DNA from: Candidatus Marinacidobacterales bacterium
GTDB taxonomy: Bacteria > Acidobacteriota > Vicinamibacteria > Marinacidobacterales > SMYC01
Reading direction: 5' to 3'
DNA length: 64,000 nucleotides
Assembly: GCA_965237955.1 (NCBI GenBank)
Contig: OZ250169.1
Coordinates: 4,288,001-4,352,000, forward strand
Shown in pieces: positions 28,286-36,233 of this stretch (within the stretch, counting starts at the first letter, position 1; each line of letters begins with the position of its first letter). The translations under genes were made by a program, and so were the position numbers. The notes below the pieces were generated by a model. That model saw only the letters and a program-made list of their open reading frames with translations. It did not search any database and was not told the DNA's origin.

Positions 28286-29100
28286 GTAGCTCCCACGAAC
28301 AAGCCGAGAGACCTCAGGGAACCTCCCAAGTGTGTCCCGAGTGCGATGGAACGTCCTGGAGACGGACCGTCGTCGACGGAATCTCGCGCGTCGCCCGGTG
28401 TAGCTGTTGGGTCGGGGATCGGGAAGAGTCGGTCATGGCCAAGGCCGGCGTTCCCAGCCGCTACCTGGAGTGTGCGCTCGATGCGCGCACCGGGGGCAAC
28501 GAGTTCTTCCGTCTCAAGTCGAGTCTGGAGCGCGCTCACAAGATCTCGGAGCGCTGGGCGGATAGTTTCCCCGACTCCGAGGCCGGTCTTCTTTTCAGCG
28601 GCCCGCCGGGAGTGGGAAAGACGCATCTGTCGGTCGGGATTCTCCGGCGCATCCTCCTCGAGCGGAAGATCGCCGCGCCCGCGCTCTTTTGCGATTACCG
28701 ATCGCTACTGCGGGAGATCAAAGGCTCGTACCACCCCGATACACCCGAATCGGAGATGCAGATCTTGAGGCCGGTGCTCGAGGCCGAGCCTCTCGTGCTC
28801 GACGACCTCGGTGGGGAGAGCCCGACCCTTTGGGTCCTCGACACCTTCTTTCACATTCTCAACCGTCGCTACAACGAAAAGAAGCTCACCATCATCACCA
28901 CGAATTACTCGGACCGTCCGATGAAGGCGGGCCCGGTCCGCGTGTCCCGGAGCTCCCAGCGGATGGGTGGTCGAGAAGACACTCTCTCCGATCGCGTCAC
29001 CGCCCGTCTGCGGTCGCGTCTTTACGAGATGTGTCGGGATGTGCGTATCGATGGGGACGATTATCGCCAGAGTGCGGTGCAGGCTAACTTCACAAGTTGA
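28282..29100 (+). CDS. DnaC/DnaI/IstB-like AAA+ ATPase with N-terminal Zn-binding motif
   Basis: [35 protein letters not shown] and RLRSRLYEM motifs. GTG start overlaps the hspR TGA. Confidence 0.85.
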   Translation: MSSSHEQAERPQGTSQVCPECDGTSWRRTVVDGISRVARCSCWVGDREESVMAKAGVPSRYLECALDARTGGNEFFRLKSSLERAHKISERWADSFPDSEAGLLFSGPPGVGKTHLSVGILRRILLERKIAAPALFCDYRSLLREIKGSYHPDTPESEMQILRPVLEAEPLVLDDLGGESPTLWVLDTFFHILNRRYNEKKLTIITTNYSDRPMKAGPVRVSRSSQRMGGREDTLSDRVTARLRSRLYEMCRDVRIDGDDYRQSAVQANFTS

Positions 29101-29101
29101 T

Positions 29102-29134
29102 CAGCATCCAGCATTCAGCATCCAGCATCCAGTT
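29102..29134. repeat. Heptamer tandem repeat (CAGCATY)x4 + CAGTT
   Basis: 33 nt, identical to 60233-60265. Confidence 0.85.
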
Positions 29135-29392
29135 CAAACCAAGCCGTGCCTTTTAGGGGCGCTGGCGTGTGGGCCCTTAGGCTGAGTTCTTGCCATTGTT
29201 GCTGCTGCAATAGAACCTCCCTTGCCCCTCTGCAGCGGGGACGGGCAAGGGCAGGGGCAGGGGGTGAATCAGGTGCGGTTGTTGACACAGAGCTCGGCTC
29301 TGAGGTATGAAACAACTGCAAGCTTATTTCATTTATAATATAGCGGTTGGGGAGCGCTGGCCCGGCGCCTGTTGGGCTGGTTTGAGTGCGTC

Positions 29393-32065
29393 ATGGAGTC
29401 GATCGAGTACAGGGATTTACTCGTTGCGGTGTGGGCCCACGAGACCCCGGGGTTTTTCTGCGCCAAAGCCGAGGACGAGTTCGGCCGCACGACACCGACC
29501 GTCCGCATCTACCTTCCTTTCGACGACCGCTGGTTTGTTCAGTTCGCTGACAGCCTGGAAGAGCTTAGCTCGAAAGAGCTTCACTACGTCGGTGCCCGGC
29601 TGTTCGACTCCCTGTTCCAAGGCGAGATTCTCCGCCTCTACGTCCACTTGCTGGAACAGGTCCGCAATACGGGCGCGAGGCTGCGCGTTCGACTGAAGAT
29701 CGAGCCGCCCATCGTCGCCCGGCTTCCGTGGGAGTGTCTCTACGACACTCGAAGCCGGACGTTTTTCAGCGTCTCGAACGATGTGACCCTGGTCCGCTAT
29801 CGGCAGCCGCGCGCGATGGAACCGCCGTCGGTCCCTGGCCGACTGCCCCTTCGGGTGTTGTTGGCCGCCGAATCGCCCCAGCCCGGCACGCCGTCGCGCG
29901 AAGCACGCGAGGCTCGGGTGGCGCGGCGCGCTCTAGCCGAGCTCGCCTCCGATGGTATCGTCACCGTCGGTGAAGCCGGCACCGAGCTCGGCGAAGATCC
30001 GTTGACCGCCGACTCACTCGCTTCGATCCTCTCTAGAAACTACGACGTCGTTCACCTCATCTGTAGCGCCGAGTGGGATGGTGAGACAGCACGCCTGTTG
30101 CTCGGCGGTGACGGGATGTCGCTGGACGCATTTGCACGCGCCTTCGAGCCCGTTAACGCATGCTTGCTCGTGTGGAGCGGCGGACCCAAGACCGGCGTGG
30201 TCTCGCCGAGCTTGGCCGATAGGCTGTTGGATTTTGTGCCCGCACTGCTCAGCCAGCGGCTGAGCATGCCGGAAGAGCTCCTGGTCAGCTACACGAGTGC
30301 CCTCTACCGTTCGCTCGGTGCGTTGAATCCGGTCGACGCTGCTCTCGCGGATGCCGGAAACGCTGTTCTCACCCATTTTCCAACCGAGAGCGAGTGGGTG
30401 GCGCCATCGTTGTACCTGTCGCGGAAAGACGCCAACATCCTCCACAGCCCGACGCGCGGCACCATCACCGACGTGTATCAAATCTCGGAGGGTCGCTACC
30501 GCCGCAGTCTCCGGGAAAGCCTCAACCGGTTCTGGCCGAAGCCGGAACGGTATTTTCCCCAGCTTGCGAGATGGCTGCCTCACGGCGAGCCACTCGTCGG
30601 GCTAGCGCACGCGGCCGAATTCCTCGGACATCCTCAGAGTGCCGCCGATCTCACCCGCCGTTTCCAGCGGTTGTTGCTCTTCGGCGAGGCAGGCTCGGGC
30701 AAGAGCATGGCGCTCTACCGGTTGTTCTACGAGGCGGCGCAGGCGATCCTCTCGTACGAAACAAAATCGCCGCTTCCGATTTACCTGTCGCTTCCGGATC
30801 TCGCTGACTCTGCCGATCTCGAAGAGCTCCTCGCGTCCGGCTTCGACCGGGATCTGTTCACCAGCGATCTGGAGGAAGGCCGTTTTCTGTTCCTGCTGGA
30901 TTCGCTCGACGGTTTGAGTGCGCACGCGACCTCGCGTCGCGCCGAAGCGCTCAATGCGTTCATGCGTCGTTACCCTTTGAACAGCTTCGTCGTGACCGCG
31001 AGACGCCCGAGCCCGAAGCCGGTCGAGATCCCGAACTGGGCCGAGATGTTGCCCTTCGCCGAGTGGGAGGCGCTGGACTTTCTCGTCGCCGACGGAGGCA
31101 TCCGAGCGGAATCGGCGAAAGTGTTGTACGAGCAGTTGGTGCAAACGCACGGTGCGCGCGTCGGGAACCCACAGCTTCTCGCTCTGGCGCGACGCCTCTA
31201 CCGCGAAGGCGCCCGCGTCCCGTTAAGTTTGACGGGTACATTCGAAGCCTTCTTTCGCGTCGCCGGTCAATCGATCGCTCCCGAGACTCGTGAGAATCTG
31301 TTACCGCAGCTCGCTTTTTTCATGAGCCAGCGCGATCGCCTCTCGCTCCGAAGAGAGCACCTCGAACAACGCCGGCGCCGGAGCGGCGTGGCCGGTTTGG
31401 CTCTCGAAGTTGCGTTCCGCAGCACCGGCGCCATGGGTGCGGACGATCTTCTTGCCGAAGTCGAAAAGACGCGGCTGCTCCGTGGGCCGGAGGCGTTTAC
31501 GTTCCCGAACCTCGCGTTTCAGGAGTTCTTGACGGCGTATGCGCTCCGTCACACCGCGCCGAACACGATTCTGAATCTGGTACAGCCTGCTGATTGGCGT
31601 TATCTCGATGGCGGCTCGACACGTCCTTTGAACTTAAGCCGTGGACCCTTTCATGGTGCTCTGCCGTTTCTCTGTGGCTTACGAGAAGATGGCCCTCGAC
31701 TCGTCAAAGCTCTCGTGGGACGTGATCTCGTCCTCGCGTCGCAGTGTTTCCCGGAGTCGCGCACGTCGACGACTCTCGACCTCATGCTGCGGGCGGCGGT
31801 CGAGCGCGAGCTCGATGACGGCGACGAGCTGCAGGCGGCTGTGGCCGTTTTGAGCCTCGAGGCACGAGCCGATGGTTGGGCGAGCGACTGGCTCGAGCAG
31901 CTCGCGACCGAACCCGGGAGCCCGGTGCGGGTACTCTCGCTCGAAGCGCTCGGCAACTTGCGCTCTCTCGGGAGCGTTTCGGTGCTCGAGACCGCTGTCG
32001 AGGCGAGCGACCTCCAGGTGGTGAGGGCGGCGATGGATGCGCTGGCCCGCATCAAAGTCAGCTAG
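29393..32065 (+). CDS. CHAT-like (probably inactive) + NACHT NTPase + HEAT-repeat protein
   Basis: VGARLFDSLF..RLPWECLYD..LVRY..PLRVLLA..W..PSLY (CHAT); LLLFGEAGSGKS and FLFLLDSLD (NACHT); GNPQLL; FPNLAFQEFLTA; C-terminal HEAT-like VRVLSLEALG/VVRAAMDAL. Confidence 0.75.
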   Translation: MESIEYRDLLVAVWAHETPGFFCAKAEDEFGRTTPTVRIYLPFDDRWFVQFADSLEELSSKELHYVGARLFDSLFQGEILRLYVHLLEQVRNTGARLRVRLKIEPPIVARLPWECLYDTRSRTFFSVSNDVTLVRYRQPRAMEPPSVPGRLPLRVLLAAESPQPGTPSREAREARVARRALAELASDGIVTVGEAGTELGEDPLTADSLASILSRNYDVVHLICSAEWDGETARLLLGGDGMSLDAFARAFEPVNACLLVWSGGPKTGVVSPSLADRLLDFVPALLSQRLSMPEELLVSYTSALYRSLGALNPVDAALADAGNAVLTHFPTESEWVAPSLYLSRKDANILHSPTRGTITDVYQISEGRYRRSLRESLNRFWPKPERYFPQLARWLPHGEPLVGLAHAAEFLGHPQSAADLTRRFQRLLLFGEAGSGKSMALYRLFYEAAQAILSYETKSPLPIYLSLPDLADSADLEELLASGFDRDLFTSDLEEGRFLFLLDSLDGLSAHATSRRAEALNAFMRRYPLNSFVVTARRPSPKPVEIPNWAEMLPFAEWEALDFLVADGGIRAESAKVLYEQLVQTHGARVGNPQLLALARRLYREGARVPLSLTGTFEAFFRVAGQSIAPETRENLLPQLAFFMSQRDRLSLRREHLEQRRRRSGVAGLALEVAFRSTGAMGADDLLAEVEKTRLLRGPEAFTFPNLAFQEFLTAYALRHTAPNTILNLVQPADWRYLDGGSTRPLNLSRGPFHGALPFLCGLREDGPRLVKALVGRDLVLASQCFPESRTSTTLDLMLRAAVERELDDGDELQAAVAVLSLEARADGWASDWLEQLATEPGSPVRVLSLEALGNLRSLGSVSVLETAVEASDLQVVRAAMDALARIKVS

Positions 32066-32081
32066 TCCGGCCTGTTTTTGT

Positions 32082-32165
32082 AACGCAAAGACGCCAAGCC
32101 GCAAAGAAGGGGATCGCGCCGAAGGCGCTTCACGTTGCGCCCTCGCGACCGTGCGCCTTTGCGTT
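32082..32165. repeat. 84-nt REP/MITE-like element copy D (inverted)
   Basis: Same terminal IR AACGCAAAG/CTTTGCGTT and same length as copy A. Lies between convergent genes. Confidence 0.8.
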
Positions 32166-32243
32166 TGTTTTTCGCGAGTGGGGCGGAGGATTCACCATCC
32201 GGTTTTAGAAGGCTGAAGACGACTGCAACGGACCGCGACCGCT

Positions 32244-32966
32244 TCATGCGAGCATTGCCTTGCGTCGCTCGACGACGTCCGCCGAGAACCACGAATCGAG
32301 GAACCCGCGCCGGGCTTCATCGCGCGTCGCCCGGATGCGCTCGAGCATGGGCGCCCGGAGCGCTAGCTTGGTGTGATGGAACGCGTGGCTAGGCTGGTCC
32401 CCGAGCTCTCGAGCGGCTGCCATTGCTTCGTCGAGCAGTGTCTCCCCGGAAACGACACGATGGAGGATACCGGCGGTTTGCGCCTCACGGGGCGACAGAA
32501 GCTTCGCACCGAGCAGAACCTCGGGAGTCGATGCTTTTGTCAATGCGTGGCGCATGATCTCGAACGCAGTCGCGGGGAAAACGATCCCGAGGCTGACATC
32601 GGAAACGCCGAGCTTGTGACTGCCCTCGGCACCGATTCTGAGATCCGCGGCGCACGCGAGCACGCACCCACCCGCGATCGCGTGGCCGTTCACCGCGGCG
32701 ACAACGGGCAGGGGAAACTGCAGGAGTGCGAGGTGCGCCTCTTCGAAGCTATCGACGAACGAGGCCATGCCGTCCCGGTCTTCCGGCAAGCTCTTGAGGT
32801 TCAACCCCGCGGAGAAGAACTTGTCGTACCCGGTGAGAACGACGGCCTTCTTGTCGGCATCGACCGCCGCACGCAGACCTCTGGTGAGCGTCTCGAGAAG
32901 TTTCTCGTCGATCGCGTTCGCGTTATCGCACTCGAGCCGAATTAAATGGACGTCGCTTGCGCTCAT
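32244..32966 (-). CDS. Enoyl-CoA hydratase/isomerase family protein
   Basis: FSAGLNL, PVVAAVNGHAIAGGCVLA.AADLRI motifs. Start set at ATG 32966. Confidence 0.88.
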   Translation of the reverse strand: MSASDVHLIRLECDNANAIDEKLLETLTRGLRAAVDADKKAVVLTGYDKFFSAGLNLKSLPEDRDGMASFVDSFEEAHLALLQFPLPVVAAVNGHAIAGGCVLACAADLRIGAEGSHKLGVSDVSLGIVFPATAFEIMRHALTKASTPEVLLGAKLLSPREAQTAGILHRVVSGETLLDEAMAAARELGDQPSHAFHHTKLALRAPMLERIRATRDEARRGFLDSWFSADVVERRKAMLA

Positions 32967-32973
32967 GGAGTTT

Positions 32974-33576
32974 TCATTCGAGACGGTTGAGGGCATCGAG
33001 CAACGGCTCGTAGTCCTCACGTACCTTGTAGTTGTAGTTGACGTAGCGGAGGATGCCTTTTTTGTCGATGACGAACGTCGCCCGGCTCGCGTACTTCGAT
33101 CCGTTGATCTCGAGCGGTTTGACGCCGTAAGCGTCGATGACCTCGGCGTTTCTGTCGGACAAGAGCACCAGTCCTTTCATCTCTCCCGGCTTCGCGACCA
33201 CGCGCATGCCTTCCGATTGCTCGCCCACGCTTTTCAGCCAGTTCCACTGCGAGTAAGGAGTGTCGACACTGATGCCGAAGACTTGCGTATCTTCATCCAG
33301 AAACTTCTGGATGTCGTCCTTGTAGGACGAGAATTGGAGCGTTCACCCGCCGGTCCAATCGGCGACGTAGAAGGCGAGAACGATGTTCTTCTTGCCCAAC
33401 ACGTCGCTGAGAGATAGCTTCACCTCTCCGGGGTTTTCACCAGCCGAGGAGGGTAAGGGGTTCGGGAACTCGGGTGCCTTGTCACCGACTTCGAGTGACC
33501 CCTCGGCCGCGACCGCGGTCGCGACCAACAACACCCAAGCCATCAGCCAAGCGGCGATCCGGTTGCGCTGTCGCAT
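32974..33576 (-). CDS. Exported peroxiredoxin-like (AhpC/TSA, redoxin) protein with in-frame UGA at the peroxidatic position (probable selenoprotein)
   Basis: Track ORFs 33343..33576 and 32974..33228 are in the same frame. Read-through gives ...VGDKAPEF...VLAFYVADWTGG-U-TLQFSSYKDDIQKFLDEDTQVFGISVD...LLSD..YGV..RATFVIDKKGILR (200 aa). Confidence 0.85.
33314..33330 (-). promoter_or_regulatory. Candidate SECIS-like hairpin
   Basis: UCGUCCU-ACA-AGGACGA begins 12 nt after the UGA. The apical loop lacks the usual G. Confidence 0.45.
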
Positions 33577-33608
33577 TTCTGATACCTCCGTTCGGAGGGG
33601 ACGATACG

Positions 33609-34955
33609 CTACCGGTCTTTGTTTCTCAAGCTCTTCTTTGTCCGGTCGATGTGTGCGAGCCTCTCCCGCATCCGCTTCTCGAAGCCCTCGTCGGTGGGCG
33701 TGTAGTAGCGCCTTGTGCGCAGACGCTCGGGAAGGCAGTCCATCCCGGCAACCTTCTCGTCGTTGTCATGCGCGTACTCGTAGTCCTTGCCGTAGCCCCA
33801 CGCTTTCATGTGATCGGTGACCGCGTTTCGCAAATGAAGCGGCACCGGCTCGGTGGCGTCCTCGAGCGCATCCTTCGCGGCGGCGGCGTACGCGCGATAG
33901 ACGGCGTTCGATTTCGGCGCCGCCGAGAGATACACGACGGCTTGAGCGAGGGCGAGCTTGCCTTCCGGAAGACCGATGAAATGGTAGGCCTCTTTCGCAG
34001 CGACGGTGTGCGCGAGCGCACCCGGCTCGGCGAGACCGACATCTTCCGAGGCAAAACGGACGAGCCGTCGCGCGATGTAGAGCGGATCTTCGCCGGCCTC
34101 GAGCATGCGAGCGAGCCAGTAGAGGCTCGCGTCGACGTCCGAGTTTCGGATCGACTTGTGAAGCGCGGAGATGATGTTGAAGTGCTCCTCGCCGCTCTTG
34201 TCGTATAGGAGAGCTTTTTTTTGGAGTGCGGTCTCGAGCTCGGCGATGCCGATGACACCACCGGGCGCGGACAAGGACGTGACCGCCTCGAGCACGTTGA
34301 GAACGAACCGCGCGTCGCCGTTCGCTTGCCGCGCCAGCCACTCGAGCGCCTCGTCGTCGACGCGCAGGCGTCCGCCGAGTCCGCGCTCGTCGTCCCCGAG
34401 CGTCCGCTGCATCAGGGTGACGAGCTCGACCGGTGTCAGTTGGCGAAGGATGACGACGCGGCAGCGCGATAGCAGCGCGGCGTTGACTTCGAACGACGGG
34501 TTCTCGGTGGTCGCGCCGATGAGGATCACGTTCCCGGACTCGACGTGAGGAAGGAACGCATCTTGTTGAGCTTTGTTGAAACGGTGGATTTCATCGACGA
34601 ACAAGAGCGTGCGGCGTCCGTAGACGTTTCGCTGATGCTCGGCCTCTTGCATGACCGTTTTGATCTCTTTGATGCCGGAAACGACGGCGCTGAAGGGGAC
34701 GAAGTGCGATCCACTACGATGCGCGATGATGCGAGCGAGGGTGGTCTTGCCGGAGCCCGGGGGACCCCACAGAATCAGCGAGCCGACGGCGTCTTTTTCG
34801 ATCGCGGCCGCGAGCGTTGTGTTCGGACCGGCGATCTCCTCCTGGCCGATGAGCTCGTCGAGATCGCGCGGCCGCACGCGCTCCGCGAGCGGGCACGTCT
34901 CGTCGATGGCCGCTTCCGGTCTCGGGGGTCTAGAGAAGAGATTTCTCTGGTCCAT
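33609..34955 (-). CDS. rarA: Replication-associated recombination protein A (MgsA)
   Basis: PLAERVRP, WGPPGSGKTT, DEIHRFNKAQQD, GATTENPSF, ISALHKSIR and ASEDVG motifs. Confidence 0.95.
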   Translation of the reverse strand: MDQRNLFSRPPRPEAAIDETCPLAERVRPRDLDELIGQEEIAGPNTTLAAAIEKDAVGSLILWGPPGSGKTTLARIIAHRSGSHFVPFSAVVSGIKEIKTVMQEAEHQRNVYGRRTLLFVDEIHRFNKAQQDAFLPHVESGNVILIGATTENPSFEVNAALLSRCRVVILRQLTPVELVTLMQRTLGDDERGLGGRLRVDDEALEWLARQANGDARFVLNVLEAVTSLSAPGGVIGIAELETALQKKALLYDKSGEEHFNIISALHKSIRNSDVDASLYWLARMLEAGEDPLYIARRLVRFASEDVGLAEPGALAHTVAAKEAYHFIGLPEGKLALAQAVVYLSAAPKSNAVYRAYAAAAKDALEDATEPVPLHLRNAVTDHMKAWGYGKDYEYAHDNDEKVAGMDCLPERLRTRRYYTPTDEGFEKRMRERLAHIDRTKKSLRNKDR

Positions 34956-34973
34956 GCGCAGAGTATATGCGCA

Positions 34974-35711
34974 CTAGCTCTCGCGTCGAGTCGCCTCGTA
35001 GAGTACGAGCGCTGCGGCGGTGGCGACGTTGAGAGACTCCACCTTGCCTTGCATGGGGATGCTCACGTTCGCATCGCAACGCGCCAACATCTCGTCGTCG
35101 ATCCCCGCGCTTTCACCGCCGAGAACGACGGCGCACGGTGAAGCCCAGTCCATCTCGCGATAATCGCTGCCGCCACGCGGCACGAGCGCGATGTTCCGAA
35201 ACGCGTCGAGCTCGCTCATGTCAGAGATCTCGCACACCGGTACACGGAGGACGCTCCCCATGGAGCCGCGCACGGCTTTCGGGCCAAAAGGATCCGTCGA
35301 GCCTTTCAGGACTACGAGCCCGGCGGCGCCGGTCGCCTCGACCACGCGCGCGAGAGCGCCGAGGTTGCCGGGATCCTGGATCCCGGCGGCAACGGCGATG
35401 AGCCCCGACCGCGGAGCCTCGGGTGACGGTCTACGGGCGATCGCTAGGATCCCATCGGGGGATTCGAGCGTCGACACGTTGCGAAACAACGCTTCGTTGA
35501 GCTCGACGAGCTCGAGCGTAGGAGCGTTTGGGGGTGGCGTGCCACGGTACGCGCTTGACACGACGATCGTTTCGACCTCGGTACCACTTGCGAGCGCGGC
35601 GTCGACGAGTTTTTTCCCCTCGAGCAGAAACTGCACCTCACGCTTGCGCGGGTGAGCGAGCCGGCGCAGAGTTTTGACGAGCGGGTTGGTCGGTGACTCG
35701 ATACGTCTCAT
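34974..35711 (-). CDS. TrmH/SpoU family RNA methyltransferase
   Basis: IQDPGNLGAL.R, VLGGESAG and IPMQGKVESLNVATAA motifs. Confidence 0.9.
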   Translation of the reverse strand: MRRIESPTNPLVKTLRRLAHPRKREVQFLLEGKKLVDAALASGTEVETIVVSSAYRGTPPPNAPTLELVELNEALFRNVSTLESPDGILAIARRPSPEAPRSGLIAVAAGIQDPGNLGALARVVEATGAAGLVVLKGSTDPFGPKAVRGSMGSVLRVPVCEISDMSELDAFRNIALVPRGGSDYREMDWASPCAVVLGGESAGIDDEMLARCDANVSIPMQGKVESLNVATAAALVLYEATRRES

Positions 35712-35759
35712 TAATCTCTTGCGCAAGCAGAAGTGCGTTCGCTATCATGCCAAAAAGTC

Positions 35760-36233
35760 ATGACCCAGGAAATCACCAAAAAGCTGAAGGACGAGATCAA
35801 AGCACTCGAGGAAGAGCTTCGCGTCGAGCTTCCCAGAGCGCTCAAAGTGGCGCGCGAGCACGGGGACTTGTCGGAGAACGCCGACTACGATGCCGCCAAA
35901 GAGCGGCAAGGGTTCGTGAACGCCCGTCTCGGGCAGCTGAAAAAGCGTCTCGCCGAGCTGTCGATGGTCAACTTCGACAACATCCCGCACGGCAAAGTGT
36001 CGTTCGGCTCAACGATCACGCTCTACGATCTCGAAAAAGAAGACGAGGTCGTTTACAAGCTAGTGATGAGCGAAGATGCGGATGTCGCCAAAGGTTTGAT
36101 TTCCACGACGTCACCCATCGGACGCGCGCTCATGGGAAAAGAAGAAGGCGACGAGGTCGACGTCCAGACGCCGGGCGGCGTCAAGAATTTCGAGATCACC
36201 AAGCTCGTCACGATCCACGACGCGACTGATTAA
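35760..36233 (+). CDS. greA: Transcription elongation factor GreA
   Basis: AREHGDLSENADYDAAKERQ and ISTTSPIGRALMGK. Upstream TTGCGC-N18-TATCAT. Confidence 0.93.
   Translation: MTQEITKKLKDEIKALEEELRVELPRALKVAREHGDLSENADYDAAKERQGFVNARLGQLKKRLAELSMVNFDNIPHGKVSFGSTITLYDLEKEDEVVYKLVMSEDADVAKGLISTTSPIGRALMGKEEGDEVDVQTPGGVKNFEITKLVTIHDATD

Noticed and set aside
28282-29100. IS21 element (IstB)
   Set aside because: No IstA transposase or terminal IRs; the gene is operonic with hspR.
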